Made by a program: the position numbers and the translations under genes. Shown piece by piece: positions 42,088 through 50,881 of a stretch of 64,000 nt of DNA; position 1 is the first letter of the stretch, and each line of letters opens with the position of its first letter. The notes beneath the pieces are model-generated. The model had not been told where the DNA came from. It was given only the letters and a program-made list of their open reading frames with translations, and searched no databases. The DNA comes from a virus, in IMG/VR virus record IMGVR_UViG_3300045988_120991, positions 101,979 to 165,978 of that record; one strand, given 5' to 3'.

Positions 42088-42291
42088 TTAATATAAAAAA
42101 TATCTTGGATCGTTATTTATATCCCAATATAAATACTTATCATCCAAGTTGTCGCCTATCCATAACTGTAATGTTTCGTCTTCACATTCTTCACAAAACA
42201 TTTCATAATATAGTTCTTCTGTCTTATATGGATATTTTATGTAATGCACTGCACCACAACTGCAGCATTGGTAGTATCCTCCTACTTTCAT
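42088..42291 (-). CDS. Cys-rich small protein
   Basis: ORF track, 67 aa. CCSCG...CEECE. Confidence 0.45.
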   Translation of the reverse strand: MKVGGYYQCCSCGAVHYIKYPYKTEELYYEMFCEECEDETLQLWIGDNLDDKYLYWDINNDPRYFLY

Positions 42292-42370
42292 ACACTCGCC
42301 CTAATGTCAACCCGACATTTTGCTGCCTCCTTTCCTCATGTGGTATAACCACTTTTCTACTTATGTTGTG

Positions 42371-42399
42371 ATTATACCACATAATGTAAGTTTTGTCAA
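42371..42399 (-). promoter_or_regulatory. sigma-70-type promoter (extended -10 TGTGGTATAAT)
   Basis: Minus strand reads TTGACA-N17-TATAAT. The -35 overlaps the upstream stop codon. Confidence 0.6.
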
Positions 42400-42647
42400 T
42401 AGTTTAAAATAATTTTTATTGTCATCCTATTTCCGTTGATTACGATCCTTCCATCATCAACCTCATACGAAACAACATCATCTTTATCAATACATATTGC
42501 CTGTCCATACACACGGAACCCCCATCCCGCTTCTGTCTCTGGTACAAACTTCATCTGAATATGTTGCTTGTCAAAGAGCTTATGCTCAGTATAAATATCT
42601 ACATTTTTCCCCTTTATTTCTTTTAATGCATCAATTAATTGTCTCAT
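42396..42647 (-). CDS. hypothetical protein
   Basis: ORF track, 83 aa. Preceded by a promoter carrying the LexA-like box. Confidence 0.5.
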   Translation of the reverse strand: MRQLIDALKEIKGKNVDIYTEHKLFDKQHIQMKFVPETEAGWGFRVYGQAICIDKDDVVSYEVDDGRIVINGNRMTIKIILNY

Positions 42648-42683
42648 GTTTTTCTCCCCTTTTCGTCTAAAGTTTGTACGGAT

Positions 42684-42712
42684 ATTTTAGCATATTTGAC
42701 CATAAATTACAA
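42684..42712 (-). promoter_or_regulatory. sigma-70-type promoter (TTGTAA-N17-TGcTAAAAT)
   Basis: Read on the minus strand upstream of 42396-42647. Confidence 0.45.
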
Positions 42713-42725
42713 GAACAAATGTTCT
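42712..42725. promoter_or_regulatory. Cheo-box-like palindrome AGAACAAATGTTCT (GAAC-N4-GTTC), candidate LexA operator
   Basis: Perfect dyad abutting the -35 of the 42684-42712 promoter. It matches the core of the Gram-positive LexA consensus CGAACRNRYGTTYC. Confidence 0.45.
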
Positions 42726-42783
42726 CCTTCTATAAATTACTAATTAATTTTGTGCTGTAAGCAGTATATAATAAGCAATATGC

Positions 42784-43689
42784 TTATACATACTGCTCGT
42801 ATTTCTGACAAATGTTGTCTACATAATAATCACCAAACCCATATTGCTTTGCCAATATTTCTCCCTTGTTTGTCTTCAAGAACTCTCTAAGGTCCAATCC
42901 CGTTTCCTTCATACCATGTTGAAGATAATGCCATAAACCAGACGCTGCAATATTCTTCATTGTTAGACCAGGTATATCTAAATAGTCCCTAAATATTTGA
43001 ATTTTACGATAAAAGTAGCGAAAATGCACATCATCAGAGTCTACGCCTCTTGTATTTGGTCTTTCTTTATAAATACGCCCTCTACCGATTACTTGTGAGA
43101 TCCTCATTGTGTTTCCATATGCCATAGATTCTGTTTCAGAAAACGCTTTCGGTAAAAATTCTTTTAGTCTTCTTGTCATAGTAAACTCTTTACCGTTTAC
43201 ACATAACTTATCTCCTTGCACACAGTCTTCTGTAACTGAATATATATCATTCATATTCTTACCAGCGACACCTTCCCAAAGCAATTCTACGATTGCCTTG
43301 TCTACCCAGTTAAGAAGCTGCACTTCAACATCATCAAGTTCCTCCCTTGTAAGCAAGATATTTGCATCTTTGTCTACCATATCGGCAACATCTGCTTTTC
43401 CAATTGACTCATACGCATTTGTACCAACTTCTCCGAATACGAATCTAGAATAATGCTTTAAAACTATGGTGTAATTCAACAAAGAGTTGATTGACTTTGC
43501 CTTAAATTTTGCAAGCATATCTAGAATCTCATCCCTAGTAAACTTTGACACATCCTTATTAAGTTTCTCTTCAAAATCCTCTGTCTTTTTAAAAACTGCA
43601 TAAAGGCTAGTTTCTGCAACCACCTTACTCCTCAAGTACTTTTTTATAAACGTCTCTTTTTGCGCTTCGTTAAACATCTCCTTCTTCAC
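42784..43689 (-). CDS. hypothetical protein adjacent to integrase (possible recombinase-fold regulator; unassigned)
   Basis: 301 aa with its own consensus promoter. No catalytic R-H-R-Y motif that I could place. Confidence 0.5.
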   Translation of the reverse strand: MKKEMFNEAQKETFIKKYLRSKVVAETSLYAVFKKTEDFEEKLNKDVSKFTRDEILDMLAKFKAKSINSLLNYTIVLKHYSRFVFGEVGTNAYESIGKADVADMVDKDANILLTREELDDVEVQLLNWVDKAIVELLWEGVAGKNMNDIYSVTEDCVQGDKLCVNGKEFTMTRRLKEFLPKAFSETESMAYGNTMRISQVIGRGRIYKERPNTRGVDSDDVHFRYFYRKIQIFRDYLDIPGLTMKNIAASGLWHYLQHGMKETGLDLREFLKTNKGEILAKQYGFGDYYVDNICQKYEQYV

Positions 43690-43702
43690 TCCTTATAACT
43701 GT

Positions 43703-43731
43703 ATTATACAGTACAATATTAATTTTGTCAA
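43703..43731 (-). promoter_or_regulatory. sigma-70-type promoter
   Basis: Minus strand reads TTGACA-N17-TATAAT, followed by AAGGAG. Confidence 0.6.
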
Positions 43732-43734
43732 GTT

Positions 43735-44712
43735 TTAAATAATGCTATCAAGAATATTAACAGCTTCCTGCTTCTGCTTATCGAGTGCAGCGACATATCT
43801 CATAGTCGTATTGACATTATTATGCCCCAAAATTTCCTTTATTACTTGCACTGGTACATCGTGTGCTCCCATTTGTGTTGCTGCAGTTGCTCTAAGCTTA
43901 TGAGGTGTAATATGCTTATCTGTAACACCCTCAATATATTTCTTCAATAGCAATTCTATATTCTTTGGTGACATTCTATTATTCCATTGTGATACAAACA
44001 AAGGACCTCTTTCATCTACATCAAAATAATCCCTTCTGTCCTGAAGCCAATTTAATAACAATTGTTTCATATTTTCACCAAATCCAATAGTTCTTTCTTT
44101 TCTTCCCTTTTCAATAACTGTGATTGTATTTGTCTTGAAATTCACATCTTCTACATTTATTTGCACCAATGCAGACTTTCTTAATCCGGTAGAAATGAAA
44201 AGTGAGAAGATACACAAATCTCTATTAAACAATCTTTCTGTAGACTTTTCTTTTATGTTTGCAAACAGCTTACTAATCTCGTCCTCCTCCAAGAATGTTA
44301 CTTCACTTTTTGCTTTTACTTTTGGTCTCTTTGCCCCTTCTACCGGATTATTATCTGTAAAACCAAGATCATTCAAGAATACGAATAATTTTTTAATTGC
44401 CGACCATTTTGTTGCAAGAATACTATCGCCCGTTCTTACAATCTCTCCTTCTTTTTCCTTTGTTCTCTGAGAAGAAATAAACTGCCTTACATTGGATTGA
44501 GTTACATTCTTATAATACTCATCGTCCTTTTTTCCTCCTGTAATATATTCCATGAATTCAACATTATAATCAATATAATGCTCTATCGTATTATAAGATC
44601 TATCATCTTCTTCCATATAACTATAAAATTCTGTAAAGATAGGCGGAAGCTTTTTCAATTTTGCCTTAATAACTTTTTGCTTATTCAATTCAGATTCCAA
44701 ACGTCCGTTCAT
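43735..44712 (-). CDS. tyrosine recombinase / phage integrase (XerC/D-like)
   Basis: 325 aa. GLRKSALVQI (Arg I), HKLRATAAT (HxxR) and LGHNNVNTTMRYV (H...Y) in canonical order. Confidence 0.8.
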   Translation of the reverse strand: MNGRLESELNKQKVIKAKLKKLPPIFTEFYSYMEEDDRSYNTIEHYIDYNVEFMEYITGGKKDDEYYKNVTQSNVRQFISSQRTKEKEGEIVRTGDSILATKWSAIKKLFVFLNDLGFTDNNPVEGAKRPKVKAKSEVTFLEEDEISKLFANIKEKSTERLFNRDLCIFSLFISTGLRKSALVQINVEDVNFKTNTITVIEKGRKERTIGFGENMKQLLLNWLQDRRDYFDVDERGPLFVSQWNNRMSPKNIELLLKKYIEGVTDKHITPHKLRATAATQMGAHDVPVQVIKEILGHNNVNTTMRYVAALDKQKQEAVNILDSII

Positions 44713-44726
44713 AATAATATCCTCCT

Positions 44727-45170
44727 TTAATTATACTTTGAAGATTTCCAAATAAGATAGAATATTGTTGCACCAATCCAACCGATAATTCTATCATTAA
44801 AGATTGTCAGAAGCAACATGACGACTACATACAACAAAGTTCCGTTGAATGTGTCTACTGATTGCTTCTTATTTTTACCATCAAGATATAATGGTCCACT
44901 CTTTTTCCATTTTTCTGGCTCACTAGCATAATACACTTCTTGAAGAATATTCAGAATGTCACGACGAGCTGCAACAACACCCATTTCGTTTTCGTCAATA
45001 CAGTTATAAATTTCATTCCCGTGACTGTCGTACAAATAATAATCTCCTTTAATATAATGCATTTGATTGTCTACCATACATTTTATATACCCCTCTAAAC
45101 GCAGTTTTGTCTTATACTTGCCTTTTCTTTGCATATCGTTTAGCCACTTATCAAATCCCGGTTTTGCCAT
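44727..45170 (-). CDS. hypothetical protein with C-terminal TM segments
   Basis: Start moved to MAKPGFDKWL (TAATG overlap; GAAGGTGGA upstream). Confidence 0.5.
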   Translation of the reverse strand: MAKPGFDKWLNDMQRKGKYKTKLRLEGYIKCMVDNQMHYIKGDYYLYDSHGNEIYNCIDENEMGVVAARRDILNILQEVYYASEPEKWKKSGPLYLDGKNKKQSVDTFNGTLLYVVVMLLLTIFNDRIIGWIGATIFYLIWKSSKYN

Positions 45171-45595
45171 TAATCCACCTTCTTTCCAACATACTCCCAA
45201 TAATTGCCCACAACTCCATCCGTACAATCCCAAATGTCATACCAGCTATGGTCACACAGATAGCTCATATGGTGAGTACCCACATGAGCAAGACATCTTC
45301 CGTTATAAATCTTTGCAAACTCATAACCTCTATATTTCTGTCTATTGCTCTTCACAGGTTGCTTCATTTTCTTCCAACCATTCTCCTCAAAATACAAGGT
45401 ATAATTTTCTACTGCCGTTACCATATATCCAGTTCTAATTGAATATTCTACGAGTTTTCTTAAAACATCTTCCCATGTTTTTCCTTCTGCCGCTGCAATT
45501 GCACGAATTACACAATCATCAGTTCTTTTACCTTTAGGATTTGCGTTGTAATAAACATATGCAGGTTCCCCATTGTACTTTGTCTTCTTAAACAT
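45170..45595 (-). CDS. hypothetical protein (possible Cys-His peptidase-like)
   Basis: Start moved to MFKKTKYNGE, with GGAGG upstream. TDDCVIRAIAAA ... HVGTHH suggests a Cys/His pair. Weak call. Confidence 0.45.
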   Translation of the reverse strand: MFKKTKYNGEPAYVYYNANPKGKRTDDCVIRAIAAAEGKTWEDVLRKLVEYSIRTGYMVTAVENYTLYFEENGWKKMKQPVKSNRQKYRGYEFAKIYNGRCLAHVGTHHMSYLCDHSWYDIWDCTDGVVGNYWEYVGKKVD

Positions 45596-45821
45596 TTTCA
45601 ATACCTCCACAAAGTCTTTCTTTTCTTTCAATTCTCTTTCGTTTTGCTGCAGCTCTTTGTTGCCACCAATTATGGGTTTCATTCTTCTCTAGGTGCCAAC
45701 ATTGCTTTTGCAAGCAATTCTTTTGTCTGATTTGTTTTACCGTTAAATAACAAGAATGATGATGACAATAGGCGGCGCAGTTCTTAGATTCACACCTATT
45801 CAATGTTTTCATCAACATCAA
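45588..45821 (-). CDS. Cys/His-rich small protein
   Basis: ORF track, 77 aa. Confidence 0.45.
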   Translation of the reverse strand: MMLMKTLNRCESKNCAAYCHHHSCYLTVKQIRQKNCLQKQCWHLEKNETHNWWQQRAAAKRKRIERKERLCGGIENV

Positions 45822-45883
45822 CCTTCCTTTCTTTTATAATAACGCCTTAATTTCGTATTGTCAATAATTTTGAGAATATTTTG

Positions 45884-46423
45884 TCAACTTGCCATCCTCT
45901 TTTCAAACGCTGTTTTGTATCTTGCGTAAGCTGCAACTTCATCATATCCATTTTTCTTCAAAATCTCCCGCCTTTCCTTTTCGTCCAACACCCTCATAAC
46001 ACGAATTGCACTTGTAATAATCCACGTTCCACGAGAACCTTCCTTAAACCAGTAGAATCCATTCTCTGGGACTTTGTCTTTCATACACTTTCCTGGGAGC
46101 TTCAATACCTCCTCTCTATAATCATTTGTTGCATCGTATTCACACAAGCACCATACTCGTTTCCATCCTTTATTCCTTCCCTTATAAGGTCCAAGGTCAG
46201 AACCGTCATATCCACGAAGCCAAGGAGCATCAGGGATATCCATACCAAGGTGCCATCCTGGTCTGAGCGAAAACCCCTTTGTCGGCAAATTCTCTGCAGG
46301 AATCCATTCTCCAATCTTAGTTTCCTTATTTTTGCCAATAAAAAGAGGATACAACTTGCCAGTAGTATCCATTTCAAACAGTTTGTAACCATATCCAGTT
46401 TTCATTTTAAAATCTCCTTTCAA
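45884..46423 (-). CDS. hypothetical protein
   Basis: ORF track, 179 aa. Confidence 0.55.
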   Translation of the reverse strand: MKGDFKMKTGYGYKLFEMDTTGKLYPLFIGKNKETKIGEWIPAENLPTKGFSLRPGWHLGMDIPDAPWLRGYDGSDLGPYKGRNKGWKRVWCLCEYDATNDYREEVLKLPGKCMKDKVPENGFYWFKEGSRGTWIITSAIRVMRVLDEKERREILKKNGYDEVAAYARYKTAFEKRMAS

Positions 46424-46665
46424 ACATTACAAGCAACGACTTCCGTCATAATAATATGACCTCCAGTACAATGAAAGTCATATCTGTGATATAATGCACC
46501 GGGCATCACATCATACTCCTCTCTTACACCAAACAAATCACACTTCTCTTCAAAACTCATCTCCTCAAAATCCAAAACTTCTTCATCATTCTCAAGCTCG
46601 TACACATAAACACGGTCTGCCGATTCGTCCCAACCACAAAGAGGTGAAGTATAAATGTGTTTCAT
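46420..46665 (-). CDS. hypothetical protein
   Basis: ORF track, 81 aa. 4-nt overlap. Confidence 0.5.
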   Translation of the reverse strand: MKHIYTSPLCGWDESADRVYVYELENDEEVLDFEEMSFEEKCDLFGVREEYDVMPGALYHRYDFHCTGGHIIMTEVVACNV

Positions 46666-46678
46666 AATTAATTTCCTT

Positions 46679-47035
46679 TCAATATTCCATAGTTGTTACT
46701 TTACCGACAACATTACAGTGACTAACATATAGCCACAAACACTTTCCGTTTTCTATATTTTCCATTAGGTCTTTTACTTCGTTTTCCTTGTACTTTGACC
46801 CGTGTACGTTTTTATAGTTTCTACTTTTAACTGCGACTCTTATCGCTCCATAGGCATTATTACTGGCTTCGGCTCGGTAATTCCCATCATCATCCTTATA
46901 AATCTCATAAATGAAATTGCAAACTCCATCTGGCATTCGTCTACTTCCAATAAATCCTGTATAATACGGTTCCCAATCAATTTTTTCGTGCGTCCGACAA
47001 GGCTGCGTATAATGAATAGGTCTATTAATTTTCAT
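46679..47035 (-). CDS. hypothetical protein
   Basis: ORF track, 118 aa. Confidence 0.5.
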   Translation of the reverse strand: MKINRPIHYTQPCRTHEKIDWEPYYTGFIGSRRMPDGVCNFIYEIYKDDDGNYRAEASNNAYGAIRVAVKSRNYKNVHGSKYKENEVKDLMENIENGKCLWLYVSHCNVVGKVTTMEY

Positions 47036-47047
47036 AATTAATCTCCT

Positions 47048-47320
47048 TTACATTTTCAAGATTTCCTCCAACAGAGCTTCTGCTTTTTTATCTTCTGTGT
47101 CATGATATAGAGTACCATCATAATAAAGATACCTTCTATCAAGATAACCAAGATCAAAAAGTTTTTCGGCACATCTCCAATCTATCTCAAATTCGCTTAC
47201 CCATGAATTAAATATATTAACTATGTTATCCAGAGTCTCCAATAATTCATTTCCATCAAATTTCACTCCATCTACAATATAATACGTAGTTGGAATCATC
47301 TTAGTAATTTTAGTAATCAT
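47048..47320 (-). CDS. hypothetical protein
   Basis: Start moved to MITKITKMIP, with GGAGG upstream. Confidence 0.5.
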   Translation of the reverse strand: MITKITKMIPTTYYIVDGVKFDGNELLETLDNIVNIFNSWVSEFEIDWRCAEKLFDLGYLDRRYLYYDGTLYHDTEDKKAEALLEEILKM

Positions 47321-47321
47321 T

Positions 47322-48038
47322 TTAATCCTCCAAGAAGTTATCTTCCAACACAAGTACATTTACCTTGTGTGTCCAAGCAGTGCAGGCATCCAAACCAATG
47401 CATCCATCGTGCTCAATAATATCAAAGCAAGCATCTTCATCGAACTCACTACCAATTCCCTTTCTGTGCCAACCGTAGCTATTATGAAAATGTCCATGTA
47501 CAATCGTCTTGCCAGTTTTATTTCCAATTACTGACGCAATATCAAAAGGATTGCCCCAAAACGCCTTGTTCCATTTGCTTTGTGAAGCATATCTCCAGTC
47601 TTTGCCGCCAGGAATCCAGCTATGTACAAAAACATAGTGTTCTGTCTCAAAGTAATTCACCAACAAGCTCATATACTTTTGATATTCTGGATCATCTCTC
47701 AGTTCTCCAAGAATCTGAGCGTGGCTCATGAGCCCAGCATTTTCCTTTGTGCAAAAATCATATGCAGTATTTGCTGTACCATTATGGAAATCATGCATTA
47801 GAAAACATCTTCTTTGAATTGCGTCTTGCATGAGTTGTTCATGATTTCCTTTAACCAATACTTTATTTGGTAGTCCATTGAGAAACTCAATTACTTCCCT
47901 AGGTTGTTTGCCTCTATCCATTGCATCTCCGCAACTTATAAATAAATCTGTTTCAGGATTAAAGTTTACTTTATCCAATGCATCCATTAATTTATCGTAA
48001 AATCCGTGAATATCACTGCAAACTACAAGTCTCTGCAT
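47322..48038 (-). CDS. metallophosphoesterase (Ser/Thr phosphatase / ApaH-like)
   Basis: 238 aa. VCSDIHG, GDAMDRG, GNHE and HGHFH motifs. Confidence 0.75.
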   Translation of the reverse strand: MQRLVVCSDIHGFYDKLMDALDKVNFNPETDLFISCGDAMDRGKQPREVIEFLNGLPNKVLVKGNHEQLMQDAIQRRCFLMHDFHNGTANTAYDFCTKENAGLMSHAQILGELRDDPEYQKYMSLLVNYFETEHYVFVHSWIPGGKDWRYASQSKWNKAFWGNPFDIASVIGNKTGKTIVHGHFHNSYGWHRKGIGSEFDEDACFDIIEHDGCIGLDACTAWTHKVNVLVLEDNFLED

Positions 48039-48052
48039 CTTTTATTCCTCCA

Positions 48053-48472
48053 TTACAGGTTATTTCCTTGGTCAAAACTTGATACTCTATCTTCTTTAGC
48101 AAACCTAAACATATCCATACAAGAAATTCTCTTAGCCGCTTCTTCTTTCTCTTCTTCTGTGCCAATGTACACTTCATAAAGTGTATCCTCTCTGCCAACA
48201 ATATCTCTTACAAATTTCACTTTTCTTTGATGCTTCTCATAGTAGTCAATGATTTTGTCTACATATTTTACTGTATCATCATCATCCATATCTCCGTAGA
48301 AGTATGTGATTAACTTGTCGTATACAAGAACATTTGTATCAAACAACTCCCAAACATCACCAAATTCATCAATAATTACATTGTACTCTGTTGTGATTTG
48401 CCCAATTGTATATTCGTGTCCTCCATCAGAAGTGTAAATCAACGCTCCGTATTTCTTTTCTAATTTACTCAT
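48053..48472 (-). CDS. hypothetical protein
   Basis: ORF track, 139 aa. Confidence 0.55.
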   Translation of the reverse strand: MSKLEKKYGALIYTSDGGHEYTIGQITTEYNVIIDEFGDVWELFDTNVLVYDKLITYFYGDMDDDDTVKYVDKIIDYYEKHQRKVKFVRDIVGREDTLYEVYIGTEEEKEEAAKRISCMDMFRFAKEDRVSSFDQGNNL

Positions 48473-48485
48473 TTTTTATTCCTCC

Positions 48486-48713
48486 TTAAATCTTCTTGCG
48501 ACGAAAAGTTTTATTATCAATCAGGACAATGTGTCCTTTCTCAATTTTTCGCATGAAGCTATTAAACTTTTTCTCATCAGTTTCTGTTGTGTTGATTCCA
48601 ATGTCACCAATGTATTCAGTACGAATTATCTTATAGCACTTATTTTTGAGTTCTACCATCATTTCCTTTCTTGTTACTGGTTTGCCGTTTACATAATATT
48701 GATATTTGTTCAT
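48486..48713 (-). CDS. hypothetical protein
   Basis: ORF track, 75 aa. Confidence 0.5.
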   Translation of the reverse strand: MNKYQYYVNGKPVTRKEMMVELKNKCYKIIRTEYIGDIGINTTETDEKKFNSFMRKIEKGHIVLIDNKTFRRKKI

Positions 48714-48725
48714 TAATATTCCTCC

Positions 48726-49340
48726 TTAATTAAACCATTTAATTTTCGGTTCTCCATTGAACCCTTTTTGCCAGATATACCAGCAATAAGCAACTGCTGA
48801 ATCAGCCTTCAGATTTCCATTTTTATCCTTCTTAAATTCACCGTTCTTTGCACAACCAATACGAGAAGTAGAAACATAAACCGTCTTAGGTGGATACTTT
48901 TTAAACAATTCTCTTCTGCTTTGCCCCTCAAGAAATGTCAACTTAAGAAACATTGCAACCTTATGCCCGTCTGTTACAACTTCCATTGCATGTTCTACAA
49001 ATTCTTTTGCCATACTATAGGGAGGATTTGTAACAATATCTACATCCATTGGTTTGTTCATGCAGAAAAAGTCTACTCCTCCAATACCATACCCTCTGTC
49101 AATAAGATCTGTTGCCAAAACCCTATGCCCATGAGCTTTAAGAACCTCCGCAATATGTCCCTCTCCACAAGCCGGTTCCATAATTATTTCGCTGAAACCC
49201 TCAAGCCCAAGCAACATCTCTACTGCACTAGGAGGAGTCGCATAATAATCATTTGCTTCTCGTTCAGTATCACTGTGATTACTTGCTCCGTGACAAGAAT
49301 AAATTGCCTTACTATTACCGGTCCAATCACTAGTTGTCAT
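48726..49340 (-). CDS. DNA methyltransferase (amino-MTase, NPPY type; N6-adenine likely)
   Basis: 204 aa. EPACGEGH (SAM motif I) and TNPPYS (motif IV). Confidence 0.7.
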   Translation of the reverse strand: MTTSDWTGNSKAIYSCHGASNHSDTEREANDYYATPPSAVEMLLGLEGFSEIIMEPACGEGHIAEVLKAHGHRVLATDLIDRGYGIGGVDFFCMNKPMDVDIVTNPPYSMAKEFVEHAMEVVTDGHKVAMFLKLTFLEGQSRRELFKKYPPKTVYVSTSRIGCAKNGEFKKDKNGNLKADSAVAYCWYIWQKGFNGEPKIKWFN

Positions 49341-49358
49341 TATGTCATTTCCTTTCTG

Positions 49359-49532
49359 TTATTCATTAACCAAAACTACAGTTTCGCCGTCTTCAAATTC
49401 TTTTCCACATATATCACAATAACGTCCATGTGGGTCGTCGAAATCTTCTGTTGCATCAAACCATTGCCAGTAATCAAACTCAGCTTCTTTGTATGTTTCA
49501 TCTCCTTTAAAGCATTGTTTGCAAATAATCAT
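49359..49532 (-). CDS. small zinc-ribbon protein (57 aa)
   Basis: Start moved to MIICKQCF...CDICGK, with AAGGAGGTG upstream. Confidence 0.45.
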   Translation of the reverse strand: MIICKQCFKGDETYKEAEFDYWQWFDATEDFDDPHGRYCDICGKEFEDGETVVLVNE

Positions 49533-49563
49533 TAAATCACCTCCTTGCGTTAATTTTGTATTG

Positions 49564-50259
49564 TTAATGTTGGTCAAATTTAATAGATTGGATTTTCTTA
49601 TTGAAGCACTTCCTACAAATACTACAAGTGATTGTTTTATCCTTTTGGTTAGGACAACCAGTCGTTCCATTCGGAAACTCAGGATTCAAAGTTTTGTCTT
49701 TAAAGTCTACATAGGCAATAGGTAAGCTGTGAGGATTTTCTACCTTCCAACCAATATGCCATGCAGAGAATCTTACTGTGAAGTTATCTGGCAAATCTCC
49801 ATTCTTATCAATCCATTCGTTAACAATCCAATATTTCTTTGTGTATGCAAGGAACTTAATGTCGGGAAATGTGTTTGCCAAGTCTACCATACCAACAAAG
49901 AAATCTGCATCTGGAATGTCGCCGCTATCAGTCCAACGAAACAAAGGATAGGGACGGTGTTTAATCTTAAATTTCACTTGCTCCCAGAAGTCTACAGGAT
50001 TTGTATTATACAATCTCAAGTTTCTTGCATATGCAGCCTGTACAACTGCTAATTGCTGTCTGCCCTTGTTGCAATAACAGCCTCCCTCTCTGCACGGTGC
50101 ATCCTCACGGCATGTACAAATAGGAAATGCTAGGTCATTACACAAGGGTCCAGTCTTACTATTTCTGTCGCTGATATGCACCTCATTACTTTGTGCTGCG
50201 AGATAATTAATATAGTCTTCTCTTTCCATCCATACTTTGCTTTCATTTTTCTTTTTCAT
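49564..50259 (-). CDS. Cys-rich hypothetical protein (GP88-like by memory; unverified)
   Basis: Start moved to MKKKNESKVW, with GGAGGT upstream. N-terminal CNDLAFPICTCREDAPCREGGCYC cluster. Confidence 0.5.
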   Translation of the reverse strand: MKKKNESKVWMEREDYINYLAAQSNEVHISDRNSKTGPLCNDLAFPICTCREDAPCREGGCYCNKGRQQLAVVQAAYARNLRLYNTNPVDFWEQVKFKIKHRPYPLFRWTDSGDIPDADFFVGMVDLANTFPDIKFLAYTKKYWIVNEWIDKNGDLPDNFTVRFSAWHIGWKVENPHSLPIAYVDFKDKTLNPEFPNGTTGCPNQKDKTITCSICRKCFNKKIQSIKFDQH

Positions 50260-50272
50260 AATTTGTACCTCC

Positions 50273-50301
50273 ATTATACATTAATTTTGTATCCTTGTCA
50301 A
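50273..50301 (-). promoter_or_regulatory. sigma-70-type promoter
   Basis: Minus strand reads TTGACA-N17-TATAAT-GGAGG. Here the ACAAAATTAA box lies in the spacer. Confidence 0.6.
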
Positions 50302-50302
50302 G

Positions 50303-50325
50303 TAAAAAGGAGCCTTTCGGCTCCT
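50303..50325 (-). terminator. rho-independent terminator
   Basis: Minus strand reads AGGAGCC-GAAA-GGCTCCT followed by TTTTTAC. Confidence 0.7.
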
Positions 50326-50486
50326 TACATTTCCCAAAATCCAACTTTATTCCCGTTAATGTCTATAATTGCGCCGTGGTCATATCCTCGCCTTACCTTA
50401 TGCACAATTTCCTCAAGGATACGAGCTACCTCAGTACCACCATATTCATCAAAAGCCGCATTACTTGTATTGAATTCAATTTTCAT
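50325..50486 (-). CDS. small protein (53 aa)
   Basis: Hand-translated MKIEFNTSNAAFDEYGGTEVARILEEI.... GGGAGA RBS. Followed by a terminator. Confidence 0.45.
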   Translation of the reverse strand: MKIEFNTSNAAFDEYGGTEVARILEEIVHKVRRGYDHGAIIDINGNKVGFWEM

Positions 50487-50499
50487 TTTTAATTCTCCC

Positions 50500-50880
50500 T
50501 TAAAACTTCAAAGTGTTTTTTGCAATCTCCGAAAGCATATGCGTAAAGTCTTCAACAACTTTACTTAACAGATATACATCTGCCCAATCGCCATCAGATG
50601 TTGTTGTCATATACCATCCGTTGCCTGAGTACTCTTCAATTCCGTAAATGTCGCTATAGTTATACTTTAGATATGTCATAAACATATTGAACTCATTTTC
50701 TGAAGTAATTTTGTAAGCGACGTGAGTATAAAGGCCGTCGTCTCCATAAGGAATTTGTACGTCAAACTTCTGCAAATTGACATCTTTAAATGCATTTGCT
50801 TCATACTCCACGCAATCGCTACGGCTCACAAATTCCTTTCCATCAAATGCCTTGTAAACTGTGCTTGTAATTTCTTTCAT
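50500..50880 (-). CDS. hypothetical protein
   Basis: Start moved to MKEITSTVYK, with GGGGAGG upstream. The longer track ORF overlaps the upstream gene. Confidence 0.5.
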   Translation of the reverse strand: MKEITSTVYKAFDGKEFVSRSDCVEYEANAFKDVNLQKFDVQIPYGDDGLYTHVAYKITSENEFNMFMTYLKYNYSDIYGIEEYSGNGWYMTTTSDGDWADVYLLSKVVEDFTHMLSEIAKNTLKF

Positions 50881-50881
50881 T

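Noticed and set aside
45836-45887. A promoter upstream of 45588-45821, where two TTGACA hexamers are visible.
   Set aside because: Spacing to candidate -10 elements is 15 or 18-19 nt and the -10 matches are weak. It is too ambiguous to annotate.
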